A DNA stretch of 64,000 nucleotides, from positions 34,093 through 98,092 of the forward strand of contig NZ_CP189974.1 of NCBI RefSeq assembly GCF_051549785.1. Direction: 5' to 3'. The notes under the pieces were generated by a model, which made no database searches, was not told where the DNA came from, and was given only the letters and a program-made list of their open reading frames with translations. Of this stretch, positions 1 to 10,712 are shown one piece after another (position 1 is the first letter of the stretch; each line of letters starts with the position of its first letter). Origin of the DNA: Candidatus Caldatribacterium sp. SIUC1 (GTDB taxonomy: Bacteria; Atribacterota; Atribacteria; Atribacterales; Caldatribacteriaceae). A program made the position numbers and the translations under genes.

Positions 1-942
1 CTCGTCAGAGAAGGACGGAACGCCCGGAGCATCCTCACCGAAAGAGCCCTCCGGAATGCCATCCGTGTGGACTTGGCCCTTGGGGGATCAACCAACACCG
101 TCCTGCACCTTCTCGCTCTTGCCCGGGAACTTGGGCTTGAGAGCATTTCTCTTGGGACGTTCGACGAGCTTTCCCGGGAAATCCCCCACCTCGTGCTCCT
201 TGAGCCGGCAGGGGACCTCTTCATGGAGGACCTGGAGTTCGCCGGGGGCATCCCTGCCCTTTTAGCCACCCTGGGGGACCTCCTCGAAGATACCTGGACG
301 GTTTCGGGGAAAACCATCCGGGACATCCAGAGGTCTGTGAGCTTTGTGGACCGCTCGGTGATTCGACCCCTCGACAACCCCTACAACCGCGAAGGTGGCA
401 TCGCAGTGCTCTTTGGGTCCCTTGCTCCAGAGGGAGCAGTGGTGAAACAAGCAGCGGTAGACGAGAGCGTGCGTGTGTTCCGGGGGAAAGCGGTGTGCTT
501 CAACAGCGAAGAGGAAGCCATGGAGGCCATCACCTCGGGGAAAATCACCAAAGGTTCGGTCGTGGTGATCCGCTTTGAAGGTCCCCGGGGAGGTCCAGGC
601 ATGCGGGAAATGCTCGCCCCAACCTCAAGCATTGTGGGTATGGGGCTGGCGAAAGACGTGGCCCTGGTGACCGATGGGAGATTTTCGGGTGGCACCCGGG
701 GACCATGTGTTGGGCACGTGGCGCCTGAGGCCTTCGTGGGAGGGCCAATCGCTCTCGTCCGGGATGGGGATGAAATCCTCATCGACATCCCTAACCGAAG
801 GATTGAGCTTCTGGTGAGCGGGGAAGAACTTGAGCAACGCAAAAGGGCTTTCGTTCCACCAAAACCCCGTTACGATCGGGGGATTCTGGCTCGCTTTGCG
901 AAACTCGCCTCCTCCGCATCCCTTGGTGCAAGCATGTCCTGA
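1..942 (+). CDS. ilvD: dihydroxy-acid dehydratase, C-terminal part (gene starts upstream of window)
   Basis: Open frame from base 1 in the frame of ORF 67..942. Translation (..[22 protein letters not shown].., ..[18 protein letters not shown]..) matches the IlvD/EDD C-terminal domain. Operon context with ilvBNC. Confidence 0.9.
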   Translation, partial: LVREGRNARSILTERALRNAIRVDLALGGSTNTVLHLLALARELGLESISLGTFDELSREIPHLVLLEPAGDLFMEDLEFAGGIPALLATLGDLLEDTWTVSGKTIRDIQRSVSFVDRSVIRPLDNPYNREGGIAVLFGSLAPEGAVVKQAAVDESVRVFRGKAVCFNSEEEAMEAITSGKITKGSVVVIRFEGPRGGPGMREMLAPTSSIVGMGLAKDVALVTDGRFSGGTRGPCVGHVAPEAFVGGPIALVRDGDEILIDIPNRRIELLVSGEELEQRKRAFVPPKPRYDRGILARFAKLASSASLGASMS

Positions 943-958
943 AAAGGAGGTGAAGACT

Positions 959-2629
959 ATGCGCATGAAAGGCGCCCAGGTTCTTGTGGAACTTTTGAAG
1001 AAAGAGGGCGTGGAGTTCATCTTCGGATATCCCGGTGGTGCAGTCCTTGACATTTACGATGCCCTCTTTGACACTCCCGAGATCCATCACATCCTCGTGC
1101 GACACGAACAGGGGGCAGCTCATGCTGCCGATGGATACGCCCGGACCACAGGGAAGGTGGGGGTGTGCATCGCCACTTCCGGGCCAGGAGCCACGAATCT
1201 CGTGACAGGTCTTGCTACAGCCTACATGGATTCCATCCCCATTGTGGCCCTCACCGGGCAGGTTTTCACTCACCTCATCGGCAAAGACTCCTTCCAGGAG
1301 GCCGACACCACCGGCATCACCATGCCCATCACCAAACACAACTTCCTGGTGACAAACGCCGAAGACCTGCCCTACGTGATCCGGGAGGCATTCTACCTTG
1401 CCTCTTCCGGCCGCCCGGGACCGGTGCTTGTGGACCTCCCCCGTGATGTGCAGCAGAAAATGATTGAGCTCGTCTATCCCGAGAAAATCAAAATCCCAGG
1501 GTATCGGCCAACCTACAAGGGCCACGCCAAGCAAATCAAACTCGCCGCTGAGGCCATCGGGGAGGCAAAACGTCCCCTCCTCTACGTCGGTGGAGGTGTT
1601 ATCGCCTCAGGGGCCTCTGAGGTCCTTTTTGAACTTGCCACCAAAGCCGATATCCCCGTGGTGCATACGCTTATGGGGAAGGGGGCTTTCCCCGAAAGCC
1701 ATCCCCTGTCTTTGGGAATGCTCGGCATGCACGGAACGTACTGGGCCAATAAAGCCGTTATGCGCTGCGATCTCCTCATCGCCGTCGGGGCTCGTTTTGA
1801 CGACCGGGTGACGGGGAAACTCGACACTTTTGCCCCCCACGCCAGAATCATCCACATCGACATCGACCCGGCAGAAATCGGCAAAAACGTGAAACCCCAC
1901 ATCCCCATCGTGGGCGATGCCCGGATGGTCCTCGCCGAAATCGTGAAGCGCCTTGAACCCATGACCCACCCTGAATGGCGCGAGGAGATTGCGCAGTGGA
2001 AAAGGGAGTACACTCCAAAGTATCGGGAGAGCAAGAAACTCCTCCCCCACCAGGTTATTGAACGAATCTACGAGAAAACGAAGCACCTCGACACGGTTGT
2101 CGTGACCGACGTGGGACAACACCAGATGTGGGCTGCCCAGAAATACCCCCGGGAGAAGCCGCGGACCTGGGCGAGTTCCGGGGGGCTTGGAACTATGGGG
2201 TATGGACTGCCAGCTTCCATCGGAGCCCAGGTGGGCAATCCCGGCAAGACCGTCATCCTCATTAGCGGTGACGGGAGCATTTTCATGAAGATTCAGGAAC
2301 TCGTGACCGCCGTGAATTACTGCCTCCCCATCAAAATCTTCGTGATGAACAACGAGTTCCTCGGGATGGTCCGCCAGTGGCAGGGGTGTCTCTATCGGGG
2401 TCGGTATTCCTGTACACGCCTCGTGAACCCGGATATCGCCCGGGTTGCCCAGGCCTTCGGAGCAGTGGGTATTTCGGTCACCACAAAAGACGAGCTCGAC
2501 CGGGCCATCGATGAGGCCCTGAAGACAGAAGACCGACCAGTCCTTGTGGACTGCCACATCGAGGAGGAAGAAAACGTCCTCCCCTTTGTGCCACCTGGAA
2601 AATCTCTGGAAGAGATGATTCTCGAGTGA
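959..2629 (+). CDS. ilvB: acetolactate synthase large subunit (TPP enzyme)
   Basis: ATG at 959 preceded by RBS AAGGAGGTG. The N-terminus [30 protein letters not shown] is a typical ALS N-terminus and the protein carries a TPP-binding GDGS motif. Product is 556 aa. Confidence 0.92.
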   Translation: MRMKGAQVLVELLKKEGVEFIFGYPGGAVLDIYDALFDTPEIHHILVRHEQGAAHAADGYARTTGKVGVCIATSGPGATNLVTGLATAYMDSIPIVALTGQVFTHLIGKDSFQEADTTGITMPITKHNFLVTNAEDLPYVIREAFYLASSGRPGPVLVDLPRDVQQKMIELVYPEKIKIPGYRPTYKGHAKQIKLAAEAIGEAKRPLLYVGGGVIASGASEVLFELATKADIPVVHTLMGKGAFPESHPLSLGMLGMHGTYWANKAVMRCDLLIAVGARFDDRVTGKLDTFAPHARIIHIDIDPAEIGKNVKPHIPIVGDARMVLAEIVKRLEPMTHPEWREEIAQWKREYTPKYRESKKLLPHQVIERIYEKTKHLDTVVVTDVGQHQMWAAQKYPREKPRTWASSGGLGTMGYGLPASIGAQVGNPGKTVILISGDGSIFMKIQELVTAVNYCLPIKIFVMNNEFLGMVRQWQGCLYRGRYSCTRLVNPDIARVAQAFGAVGISVTTKDELDRAIDEALKTEDRPVLVDCHIEEEENVLPFVPPGKSLEEMILE

Positions 2630-2642
2630 AGGAGGTGACGGT

Positions 2643-3128
2643 GTGGAACACATCATTGCGGTCCTTGTGGAGAATAAACCAAGGGTTCTGGCTCGGGTAG
2701 CGTCGCTTTTTGCCCGGCGGGGATACAACATCGAGAGCCTCGCAGTCGGGCCAACCCAGGATCCCAGCATTTCCCGGATCACCCTCGTTGTCACCGGAAA
2801 TGAGCACGTCCTCGAGCAGATTACCAAGCAACTCTACAAGCTCATCGAGGTCATCAAGGTCAGCGATTTTGCCAACACCCCGGTGGTCGACCGGGAACTG
2901 GCGCTCATCAAGGTCCATGCTCCCTCGAACCTGCGGGGAGAAATCGCCCAGACTGCGGAAATCTTCCGGGCTCGCATTGTCGATGTTGACGAAGAGAGCC
3001 TCATCGTGGAGGTCACCGGGACCCCGGATAAAATCGATGCCTTAGAGCAACTCCTGCGAAAGTACGGTATCATTGAGATGACCCGTACAGGGCGGATAGC
3101 TCTGGCACGGGGCAGTCAATCCCTATAA
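2643..3128 (+). CDS. ilvN: acetolactate synthase small (regulatory, ACT) subunit
   Basis: GTG start with RBS GGAGGTGA. The N-terminus HIIAVLVENKPRVLARVASLFARRGYNIESL is an IlvN hallmark. Sits directly after ilvB. Confidence 0.9.
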   Translation: MEHIIAVLVENKPRVLARVASLFARRGYNIESLAVGPTQDPSISRITLVVTGNEHVLEQITKQLYKLIEVIKVSDFANTPVVDRELALIKVHAPSNLRGEIAQTAEIFRARIVDVDEESLIVEVTGTPDKIDALEQLLRKYGIIEMTRTGRIALARGSQSL

Positions 3129-3142
3129 AAGGAGGATGAACC

Positions 3143-4141
3143 ATGGCGAAAATGTACTACGACCAGGACGCTAACCTCGACATCCTGAAGGGGAAGGTCA
3201 TCGCCATCATTGGTTTCGGGAGCCAGGGGAGTGCCCAGGCTCAGAATCTGCGGGACAGCGGCCTCAACGTCATCGTTGCAGAGCTCCCCGGAACCCCCGG
3301 TTTTGAGAAGGCGAAAAACGCAGGGTTTGAACCCGTGAGCGCTAAAGAGGCGGCAGAACAAGGCGACATCATCCAGATGCTTGCCCCTGATCAGTACCAG
3401 CCAGCGATTTACCGGGAATCCATTGCTCCTCACCTCACGAAAGGCAAGGCCCTCATGTTCTCCCACGGATTCAACATCCACTACCACCAGATTATCCCCC
3501 CTGCAGATGTCGATGTCATTATGGTGGCTCCGAAGGGTCCTGGGGACCTCGTGCGGCGGATGTACCTTGAGGGGAAAGGGGTACCTTCCCTTGTGGCCGT
3601 GTACCAGGACGCTACAGGCCAGGCCAAGGACATCGCCCTGGCCTACGCCAAGGGTATTGGCGCCACGAGGGCAGGGGTTCTTGAAACCACCTTTGCCGAA
3701 GAGACGGAAACCGACCTTTTCGGAGAGCAGGCCGTGCTCTGTGGTGGTCTCACCGCCCTCATCAAGGCCGGTTTTGAGACCCTGGTTGAGGCGGGTTACC
3801 AGCCGGAGGTGGCGTACTTTGAGTGCCTCCACGAGATGAAGCTCATCGTGGACCTTGTGTACGAGGGTGGCCTCATGCACATGCGCCAGGTCATCAGCGA
3901 CACTGCTGAATACGGTGACCTCACCCGGGGACCACGAATCATCAACGACCAGGTGAAGGCGGAGATGAAAAAGATTCTCGCCGAAATCCAGGATGGAACA
4001 TTTGCCCGGGAGTGGATTCTCGAGAACCAGGCGAACCGCCCGGTGTACCATGCGCTCCGCCAGAAGGACGCCGAGCACCTCATCGAAAAGGTCGGCAAGA
4101 CCTTAAGGAACATGATGCCCTGGCTGAAGAAGGAGGGGTGA
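3143..4141 (+). CDS. ilvC: ketol-acid reductoisomerase
   Basis: [40 protein letters not shown] is a classic IlvC N-terminus (Rossmann motif). RBS AAGGAGGAT. Product is 332 aa. Confidence 0.93.
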   Translation: MAKMYYDQDANLDILKGKVIAIIGFGSQGSAQAQNLRDSGLNVIVAELPGTPGFEKAKNAGFEPVSAKEAAEQGDIIQMLAPDQYQPAIYRESIAPHLTKGKALMFSHGFNIHYHQIIPPADVDVIMVAPKGPGDLVRRMYLEGKGVPSLVAVYQDATGQAKDIALAYAKGIGATRAGVLETTFAEETETDLFGEQAVLCGGLTALIKAGFETLVEAGYQPEVAYFECLHEMKLIVDLVYEGGLMHMRQVISDTAEYGDLTRGPRIINDQVKAEMKKILAEIQDGTFAREWILENQANRPVYHALRQKDAEHLIEKVGKTLRNMMPWLKKEG

Positions 4142-5688
4142 TGATGCGGCGTATCCGTGTGTTCGATACAACTTTAAGAGACGGCGAGCAATCTCCGGGG
4201 GTTGCCCTGAACGCCCAAGAGAAACTGGAGATTGCTCTGCAGCTTGCCCGCTTAAACGTCGACGTCATCGAAGCAGGCTTCCCCATTGCCTCTCCGGGAG
4301 ACGCCGAGGGGGTAAAACTCGTCGCAGACAACGTGAAGGGCCGGGCCGTTTGTGCCCTGGCCCGGGCCAAAGACAAAGACATTGACATCGCCTGGGAGTG
4401 CCTGAAAAACGCCGAGCACCCTATCATCCATACCTTCATTGCCACCTCAGACATTCACCTACGACACAAACTGCGCCTTTCCCGAGAAGAGGCCCTGGAG
4501 CAGGCAGTATGGGCAGTGAAAAGGGCGAAAAAGTACGTTGCCGATGTGGAGTTTTCTGCCGAAGACGCCACCCGCTCAGACTGGGAGTACCTGAGCCGGG
4601 TCTACGCAGCGGTCATTGAGGCAGGTGCCACCATCATCAATGTCCCCGATACGGTTGGATACATCACACCTTTTGAAATGCAGGAGCTCATTAAATACCT
4701 CTTAGAAAACACCAGGGGTATTGAAAAGGTCGTCCTGAGCGTGCACTGCCACAACGACCTTGGCCTTGCCACCGCCAATTCCCTTGCTGCTGTCCTTGCC
4801 GGCGCCGGACAGGTGGAGTGCACCATAAACGGCATTGGTGAGCGAGCGGGAAACGCCGCCTTGGAAGAGATTGCCATGAGCCTGTACGTCCGCCGGGACT
4901 TCTTCCAGGCCGAGACAAACCTCAACTTCCAGGAAATCTACCGCACGAGTCGCCTCGTGAGCCAGCGCACGGGAATGCTTGTCCAACCGAACAAGGCCAT
5001 TGTGGGTCAGAACGCCTTCGCCCACGAGTCTGGAATCCACCAGGACGGAGTACTCAAAGAAAAACTCACCTACGAAATCATGGATGCCAGACTCATCGGC
5101 CGGGAAGACCGGGTGCTGGTCCTTGGGAAACACTCGGGGCGCCACGCCTTCGCCAAAAAGATTGAGGAGCTCGGGTATAAACTCTCTGAAGAGGAGCTCA
5201 ACCAGGCATTCCAGCGCTTCAAGCAACTCGCTGACCAGAAGAAAGACATCACCGAGGACGACCTCAAGGCCATTGTCTCTGAAGAGGTGGCAAAACCCGA
5301 GGAAATCTACCACCTGGATTTCGTGCACGTGTGCTGTGGGAACAACATCCTGCCTACTGCCACCGTACGCCTGGTGAAGGATGGGAAAGAGGTGCTCGAG
5401 GGAGTTGCCACAGGAGTTGGTCCGGTGGATGCTGCCTACAAGGCCATCAGTAAGATGCTCGGTATTTCCTCAAACCTCGTGAATTACACCCTCCAGTCCA
5501 TCACCGGAGGGACCGAAGCACTGGGCGAGGTCATCGTGCGCATCCTCGATGGGGATGAAGAGTACATCGGACGGGGTTCGAGCCAGGACGTGGTGGTGGC
5601 AAGCGTCATAGCGTATCTTTCGGCCATCAACCGGATGGCCCAGAGAAAACGAAAACTCAACCCTCAAAAGGACTACGGGGAGAGCTGA
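4141..5688 (+). CDS. leuA: 2-isopropylmalate synthase
   Basis: ATG overlaps the ilvC stop (TGATGATG). N-terminus [20 protein letters not shown]; HxH and LeuA dimerisation regions present. About 515 aa. Confidence 0.9.
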   Translation: MMRRIRVFDTTLRDGEQSPGVALNAQEKLEIALQLARLNVDVIEAGFPIASPGDAEGVKLVADNVKGRAVCALARAKDKDIDIAWECLKNAEHPIIHTFIATSDIHLRHKLRLSREEALEQAVWAVKRAKKYVADVEFSAEDATRSDWEYLSRVYAAVIEAGATIINVPDTVGYITPFEMQELIKYLLENTRGIEKVVLSVHCHNDLGLATANSLAAVLAGAGQVECTINGIGERAGNAALEEIAMSLYVRRDFFQAETNLNFQEIYRTSRLVSQRTGMLVQPNKAIVGQNAFAHESGIHQDGVLKEKLTYEIMDARLIGREDRVLVLGKHSGRHAFAKKIEELGYKLSEEELNQAFQRFKQLADQKKDITEDDLKAIVSEEVAKPEEIYHLDFVHVCCGNNILPTATVRLVKDGKEVLEGVATGVGPVDAAYKAISKMLGISSNLVNYTLQSITGGTEALGEVIVRILDGDEEYIGRGSSQDVVVASVIAYLSAINRMAQRKRKLNPQKDYGES

Positions 5689-5694
5689 TGGACC

Positions 5695-6957
5695 ATGGGG
5701 ATGACCATCACCGAAAAAATCATCGCCGCCCATGCGGGAAAGGACAGAGTGGTTCCCGGGGAGCTTGTCGAAGTCGCGGTGGATGTGATGCTCGCCAACG
5801 ACATCACCGCTCCCCTGAGCATCAAAGAACTCGAAAAGCGGGGGATAGCAACCATTGCAGACCCCGAGAAAATCGTCCTCGTTGCGGACCACAATACCCC
5901 CGCCCGGGACATCTCGTCAGCGGAAAACGTCAAGCTCATGCGGGAATTCGCAAAGAAGCACGGCATCCGCCACTTCTTTGAAGGGGGAGAGGTCGGGATA
6001 GAACACGTGCTCTTGCCCGAACTCGGCCTTGTGGTCCCGGGGGATCTCGTCATCGGTGCCGACTCTCACACCTGCACCTACGGGGCTCTGGGAGCCTTCG
6101 CCACGGGTATGGGAAGCACCGACCTTGCCGCCTCCTGGGTTCTGGGGAGGACCTGGCTCCGGGTTCCGGAGTCGTTGAAGTTCGTCCTTTCGGGAGAACG
6201 GCGACCCTTCGTCACCGGGAAGGACCTGATTCTCTTCATCATCGGCCAGATTGGGGTCGACGGTGCCCGGTACTGTGCCATGGAGTTTGAGGGACCGGTC
6301 ATCCAGTCCCTCTCCATGGATGAACGCTTCACTATAGCCAACATGGCCATAGAGGCAGGAGCCAAAAACGGTATCATTGCCCCAGACGATACCACCCTCG
6401 CCTATGTTCGCGCCACAGGAACTTCCCGTACCCCGAGGCTCTTTTCCTCCGATCCCGATGCGGAGTGGAAGGAAGTCTTCCACATTGACGTCACCGCAAT
6501 TGAGCCCCAGGTGGCCTTTCCTCACCTTCCCTCCAATACCCGTTCGGTCTACGCCATCCCGAAAATCGAAATCGACCAGGTGGTCATCGGTTCCTGCACC
6601 AACGGTCGCATCGAGGACCTGCGTATGGCAGCCTCGGTCCTGCGAGGGCGGAAGGTCCGAAAAGGCGTGCGGCTTCTCGTTTTTCCCGGAAGCCCCAGGG
6701 TTCTGAGGCAAGCGGAAGAAGAAGGACTCATCAAAACCTTCCTTGAGGCCGGCGCGGTCATTGCCCCGCCTTCCTGCGGCCCATGCCTTGGGGGACACCT
6801 CGGCGTTCTGGCCTCAGGAGAACGCTGCGCCTCAACCACAAACCGGAACTTCATCGGCCGGATGGGGCATGAGACGAGCGAGGTGTACCTTGTCAACCCC
6901 TACATTGCGGCAAGCTCCGCCGTTGCGGGGTACATTACCTCCCCGGAGAGACTCTGA
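5695..6957 (+). CDS. leuC: 3-isopropylmalate dehydratase large subunit
   Basis: Aconitase-family protein. N-terminus MTITEKIIAAHAG. Cys ligand motifs present (CTNGRIEDL, SCGPCLG). Confidence 0.9.
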   Translation: MGMTITEKIIAAHAGKDRVVPGELVEVAVDVMLANDITAPLSIKELEKRGIATIADPEKIVLVADHNTPARDISSAENVKLMREFAKKHGIRHFFEGGEVGIEHVLLPELGLVVPGDLVIGADSHTCTYGALGAFATGMGSTDLAASWVLGRTWLRVPESLKFVLSGERRPFVTGKDLILFIIGQIGVDGARYCAMEFEGPVIQSLSMDERFTIANMAIEAGAKNGIIAPDDTTLAYVRATGTSRTPRLFSSDPDAEWKEVFHIDVTAIEPQVAFPHLPSNTRSVYAIPKIEIDQVVIGSCTNGRIEDLRMAASVLRGRKVRKGVRLLVFPGSPRVLRQAEEEGLIKTFLEAGAVIAPPSCGPCLGGHLGVLASGERCASTTNRNFIGRMGHETSEVYLVNPYIAASSAVAGYITSPERL

Positions 6958-6967
6958 GGTGAGACCC

Positions 6968-7453
6968 ATGATTCGCGGAAAAGCAGTGGTTTTCGGAGAC
7001 AATGTGGACACCGACGTCATCATCCCGGCCCGGTACCTCACGAGTACCGACCCCGAAGAACTCGGCAAGCACTGCATGGAAGGCCTGGATCCCCACTTTC
7101 CCCAACGTATCACTCCTGGAGCGACCATTCTGGTAGCCGGGAAAAACTTCGGCTGTGGTTCCTCCCGGGAACACGCCCCCCTGGCCCTCAAGGGGTGCGG
7201 GGTTTCTGCCGTTGTGGCCGCTTCGTTTGCCCGGATTTTCTTCCGGAACGCCATCAACATCGGCCTTCCTATCCTTGAGTCCGAAGAAGCGGCAAGGGGA
7301 ATCCGGGAGGGAGATACGGTCTCTATTGACCTTGCCCGAGGGGAAATCCGTAACGAAACCACGGGGGAGATTTTCTGGGCTCGACCCTTCCCGCCCTTCC
7401 TCCAGGAAATCATCGCTGCCGGGGGGCTCATGAACCTCGTGGAAAAAGGTTAG
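6968..7453 (+). CDS. leuD: 3-isopropylmalate dehydratase small subunit
   Basis: N-terminus MIRGKAVVFGDNVDTDVIIPARYL. RBS GAGGTGAG. Product is 161 aa. Follows leuC. Confidence 0.9.
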   Translation: MIRGKAVVFGDNVDTDVIIPARYLTSTDPEELGKHCMEGLDPHFPQRITPGATILVAGKNFGCGSSREHAPLALKGCGVSAVVAASFARIFFRNAINIGLPILESEEAARGIREGDTVSIDLARGEIRNETTGEIFWARPFPPFLQEIIAAGGLMNLVEKG

Positions 7454-7456
7454 GGG

Positions 7457-8818
7457 TTAATTGCGAAGACTCGTCAGGGGTGCGGGGACGCGACCACCCC
7501 GGAGGATGAGCCGCGCACCCCGATAGGGGTTGACGGGGATAATGGTCGCCTCCCCGAGAAGCCCTCCAAAGCAGGCTCTCTCCCCTGCGCTCTTTCCGGG
7601 CACCGGGATGAGGCGGACGCCAACGGTCTTGTGGTTGATCACCCCAATGGCGATTTCGTCAGCCATGATGCAGGCGATGGTCTCCCAGGGAGTGTCGCCA
7701 GGAATGGCAATCATGTCAAGGCCCACAGAGGACACACTGGTCATGGCCTCGAGTTTCTCCAAAGATAAAGCCCCCACCGCCACCGCCTCGCTCATCCTTG
7801 CGTCCTCACTCACCGGGATGAACGCTCCACTCAGGCCTCCAACGGATGAGGAGGCCATGGCACCACCCTTTTTGCAGGCATCGGTCAAAAGCGCCAGAGC
7901 AAGCGTTGACCCCCACGCCCCACATCGCTCAAGCCCCATCTCTTCCAAAATCTCGGCGACACTGTCCCCAACCCGGGGCGTTGGCGCCAGCGACAGATCC
8001 ACAATGCCGAAGGCCACTCCGAGTTTCCCGGCAACCTCTCTCCCGATGAGCTCCCCCACTCGGGTGATCTTGAAGGCCGTCCGCTTGATGAATTCCGCAA
8101 GGGTCCCAAGATCCGCCCCAGGATGACGGCGCACGACCTCCTTCACCACGCCCGGACCGCTCACCCCGACGTTCACCACCGCCTCCCCCTCCCCCACGCC
8201 ATGGAACGCTCCCGCCATGAAGGGGTTGTCCTCCGGGGCGTTGGCAAAAACCACGAGTTTTGCACACCCAATACCATCCCGGTCTTTCGTGCGCTCTGCC
8301 GTTTCCTTCACAACCTGTGCCATGGTGAGGATGGCATCAACGTTAATACCTGTGCGGCTTGACGCTACGTTCACCGAGGCGCAGATACGCTCGGTCCCTG
8401 AAAGCACAGCGGGCAAACTCCCCATGAGGAGGACATCGCCCTTTGTGGCCCCCTTGTGGACCAGGGCCGAGAATCCACCGATGAAGTCGATGGCAAGTTC
8501 CCGGGCAAGGTCATCCAGGGCTTTCGCAAAATCCAGCACGCCCTCTCCCTCTTCTCCTGTAAGGAGCAGAGCCACCGGAGAGATGGCCACCCGGCGGTTC
8601 ACGATGGGGATGCCGTATTTGGCCGAGACCTCATCGGCCACGGCGTTTAGAGAAGCGGCGTACCGGCGAATTTTGGCAACCACCCGTTGTACCGTTTCCT
8701 CGAAGTCCTTCCCCCGGCAATCAAGGATCGAAATCCCCAGGGTTACTGTTCGCACATCGAGGTTCTCAATCTCAAGCATCCGCAGGGTCTCAAGGATCTC
8801 AGCGCGGTCGAAAAGCAT
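7457..8818 (-). CDS. UPF0210 / DUF711 (PFL-like) family protein
   Basis: 453 aa. N-terminus [34 protein letters not shown] is typical of UPF0210 proteins. Paired with a downstream ACT protein. Confidence 0.75.
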   Translation of the reverse strand: MLFDRAEILETLRMLEIENLDVRTVTLGISILDCRGKDFEETVQRVVAKIRRYAASLNAVADEVSAKYGIPIVNRRVAISPVALLLTGEEGEGVLDFAKALDDLARELAIDFIGGFSALVHKGATKGDVLLMGSLPAVLSGTERICASVNVASSRTGINVDAILTMAQVVKETAERTKDRDGIGCAKLVVFANAPEDNPFMAGAFHGVGEGEAVVNVGVSGPGVVKEVVRRHPGADLGTLAEFIKRTAFKITRVGELIGREVAGKLGVAFGIVDLSLAPTPRVGDSVAEILEEMGLERCGAWGSTLALALLTDACKKGGAMASSSVGGLSGAFIPVSEDARMSEAVAVGALSLEKLEAMTSVSSVGLDMIAIPGDTPWETIACIMADEIAIGVINHKTVGVRLIPVPGKSAGERACFGGLLGEATIIPVNPYRGARLILRGGRVPAPLTSLRN

Positions 8819-8827
8819 GGTGCCCCC

Positions 8828-9145
8828 CTAAATGCGGTGCATCACCTGGAAGATGCTCGCATGCTGCAGGTACACCTTGACCCCCACCTCTTCGCCCCGC
8901 CGGACCAGTCTCTCCCGAAGCTCTGAAAGCGAGACCGAACAGCGGGAGATATCACCCACAAGAATCATGGTGAAGTACTCTCCGAGAATCTTCTGGGTGA
9001 TATCCTCGATGTTGACGCTGTGCTCGGCAAGACAGGACGTGATGGCAGCGATAATCCCGATACGGTCCTTCCCCACAACAGTAATGACCACCCTGTGCTC
9101 GGTGGACGGCTCTTCCTCAAAGGCCCAGAGATTCACTTCGGTCAC
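8828..9145 (-). CDS. ACT domain protein (UPF0237 family)
   Basis: 105 aa. The segment VVITVVGKDRIGIIAAITSCLAEHSVNIEDITQ is an ACT fold. The UPF0237/UPF0210 gene pair is a conserved arrangement. Confidence 0.75.
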   Translation of the reverse strand: MTEVNLWAFEEEPSTEHRVVITVVGKDRIGIIAAITSCLAEHSVNIEDITQKILGEYFTMILVGDISRCSVSLSELRERLVRRGEEVGVKVYLQHASIFQVMHRI

Positions 9146-9824
9146 TGTGTTCTCCTCCTTTGAGCCGTTCGCTGAAGATATGGGCTAAACGCACGGGCTC
9201 AGGAAGACGAAACCCCCTTGCCGTCTTCAGGGCCCATTCCCGGGCTTTCTCTAAGTCTATCCGGTTTCCCGGAGAGACGAATACGGGCTGGGTGCAGTCT
9301 TTTGTTCGCAGGACAACGCCGACACGCTTCCCCCGGTATTCGACAAAAGAGAAGGAACCTCGCTTCTCCCCAGGTTCCTGAAAATGTCCCACGAGGGGCT
9401 TTTTGGCCACTCCAATAGAGACAAGACCAAAGAGGACCCCCAGGTGGCTGGCAATCCCCACTCCCCGGGGATGGGCGATACCCTGGCCGTCGAAGAAGAA
9501 AAGGTGCGGCACAACGGAAAGACGCCGGAAAGCCTCTTCAATCGCCGGACCTTCCCGGAAGGAGAGAAAACCCGGAACATAGGGGAAAGAGGGCTTATGC
9601 ACCCCCGAGGCCACTTCGACCACCTCAAGAGAAGGCCACCGCAGGACCACAACAACCGCCACCGCTTGCCCAAGAGCGTTGTAGGCAACGTCAACCCCTG
9701 CAAGAAGCGTAACAGCCTCGTCTTTCAAGGGAAATTCGAGGGAAACCTTTTGCCGGATATCCTCTTGGATGCGCAGGGCCTCCTCAAGCGTCACCTCGAA
9801 AGGATGAGGGTATTGCCTCTCCAT
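9117..9824 (-). CDS. nfi: endonuclease V (deoxyinosine 3' endonuclease)
   Basis: 235 aa. Contains ..LLAGVDVAY..VVVL.. and ..PYVPGFLSFREGP.. motifs of the Nfi family. Confidence 0.85.
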   Translation of the reverse strand: MERQYPHPFEVTLEEALRIQEDIRQKVSLEFPLKDEAVTLLAGVDVAYNALGQAVAVVVVLRWPSLEVVEVASGVHKPSFPYVPGFLSFREGPAIEEAFRRLSVVPHLFFFDGQGIAHPRGVGIASHLGVLFGLVSIGVAKKPLVGHFQEPGEKRGSFSFVEYRGKRVGVVLRTKDCTQPVFVSPGNRIDLEKAREWALKTARGFRLPEPVRLAHIFSERLKGGEHSDRSESLGL

Positions 9825-9839
9825 GGAGGGACAGGGAGG

Positions 9840-10073
9840 TTACAGGATTTCGAGCTCTACAGTTTTGGTGAGGATGTCGACGTAGTTGAAGGCCATGCGC
9901 TGAGCGGTACCGTCGACATCCACCCTGAGGATGAAGAAGAAGGGGTAAATCCCCTCAATGACGCCTTTGCGAACAACGGTCTTTTTGCGCCCTTTGTTGA
10001 CCTCTACAATGGCTTCTCGGCCGACGAGAGAGCCAATCCACTCTTTGATTTCCTGGAGATTCTGGACGGTCAA
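9840..10073 (-). CDS. veg: Veg-like protein (DUF1021)
   Basis: 77 aa. N-terminus MTVQNLQEIKEWIGSLVGREAIVEVNKGRKK..GVIEGIYP.F.L matches the Firmicutes Veg family. Confidence 0.75.
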   Translation of the reverse strand: MTVQNLQEIKEWIGSLVGREAIVEVNKGRKKTVVRKGVIEGIYPFFFILRVDVDGTAQRMAFNYVDILTKTVELEIL

Positions 10074-10109
10074 AAAGCATCATTCCCGCCGCATTTTTTG
10101 GTATTATAT

Positions 10110-10610
10110 CCTATTTCTCCAGAAAAAGCAAACGAAATCACGAAAAAGCAGCAGAGCACCTTTCTCGGTCTTCCGAACCCTCTTGTCCTCCATAAAGGAG
10201 AACACCTCAGCACATTCTGGGAGGTCCGCACCCTTCGGGATTCCTACGTACAAAAAGCCACGTAGACTTCAAAAGATTGTCAGAACACGTCTTGAGCTTT
10301 CGACCTTCCCCGCTACCCGCGCAAGATGAGAAGAACCCGGAACACCTCCTGCTGCTGGCAGAGAAAAAAGACTCAATCCCGAGATTCGGAAAGGAGAGCG
10401 AGACGAACCCGGACACCGCAAGACTGCACACATCGCCTAATAAATCTCCGCATCTACCGAGGAACAGAGCGCCTCCCCGGAGGAAATCGCCCTTGTCAGT
10501 GAGTCGCTTGCTGCATAAACCGAAAAACCGCAGAGCACCGTACACCAGTTCAGCGCGTGAGCTCCCCAACCACTGCTTTCCGGGAGCCCGGAAAGCAGTG
10601 GTTCTTTTTA
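10110..10610 (+). ncRNA. candidate unannotated plus-strand transcript (sRNA?) ending in an intrinsic terminator; identity unknown
   Basis: A 640 nt non-coding gap lies between divergent veg and serC. An extended -10-like TGGTATTAT sits near 10095-10103. A perfect 14-bp palindrome hairpin plus T-tract sits at 10570-10610. serC has its own promoter downstream of the hairpin. No credible ORF: the only long frame is low-complexity and K/R/P-rich. Confidence 0.3.
10570..10610 (+). terminator. Rho-independent terminator (plus strand)
   Basis: CCACTGCTTTCCGGG-AGC-CCGGAAAGCAGTGG followed by TTCTTTTTA. The reverse strand has no U-tract. Confidence 0.65.
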
Positions 10611-10654
10611 GGCTTCTGCCTTAGCTTCACTAAGCGCAGCTGAAAAGGCGGACA

Positions 10655-10712
10655 CCCCCTCCCGGGAAATGGTAGAATATCCGGGAAAAGCCAGAACGAG
10701 GGAGGAAGGGAA
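10655..10712 (+). promoter_or_regulatory. serC promoter/RBS region
   Basis: Extended -10 TGGTAGAAT at about 10662-10670. RBS GGGAGGAAGGGAA precedes the ATG at 10713. Confidence 0.4.

Noticed and set aside
1607-2827. 406-aa minus-strand ORF antisense to ilvB
   Set aside because: It lies entirely inside the confidently identified ilvB/ilvN genes. Its composition is Arg/Gly/Pro-rich shadow-frame in high-GC DNA. No RBS or homology.
10277-10624. 115-aa plus-strand ORF in the veg-serC intergenic region
   Set aside because: Non-ATG start, highly basic low-complexity product, and it would read through the terminator hairpin. Treated as non-coding.
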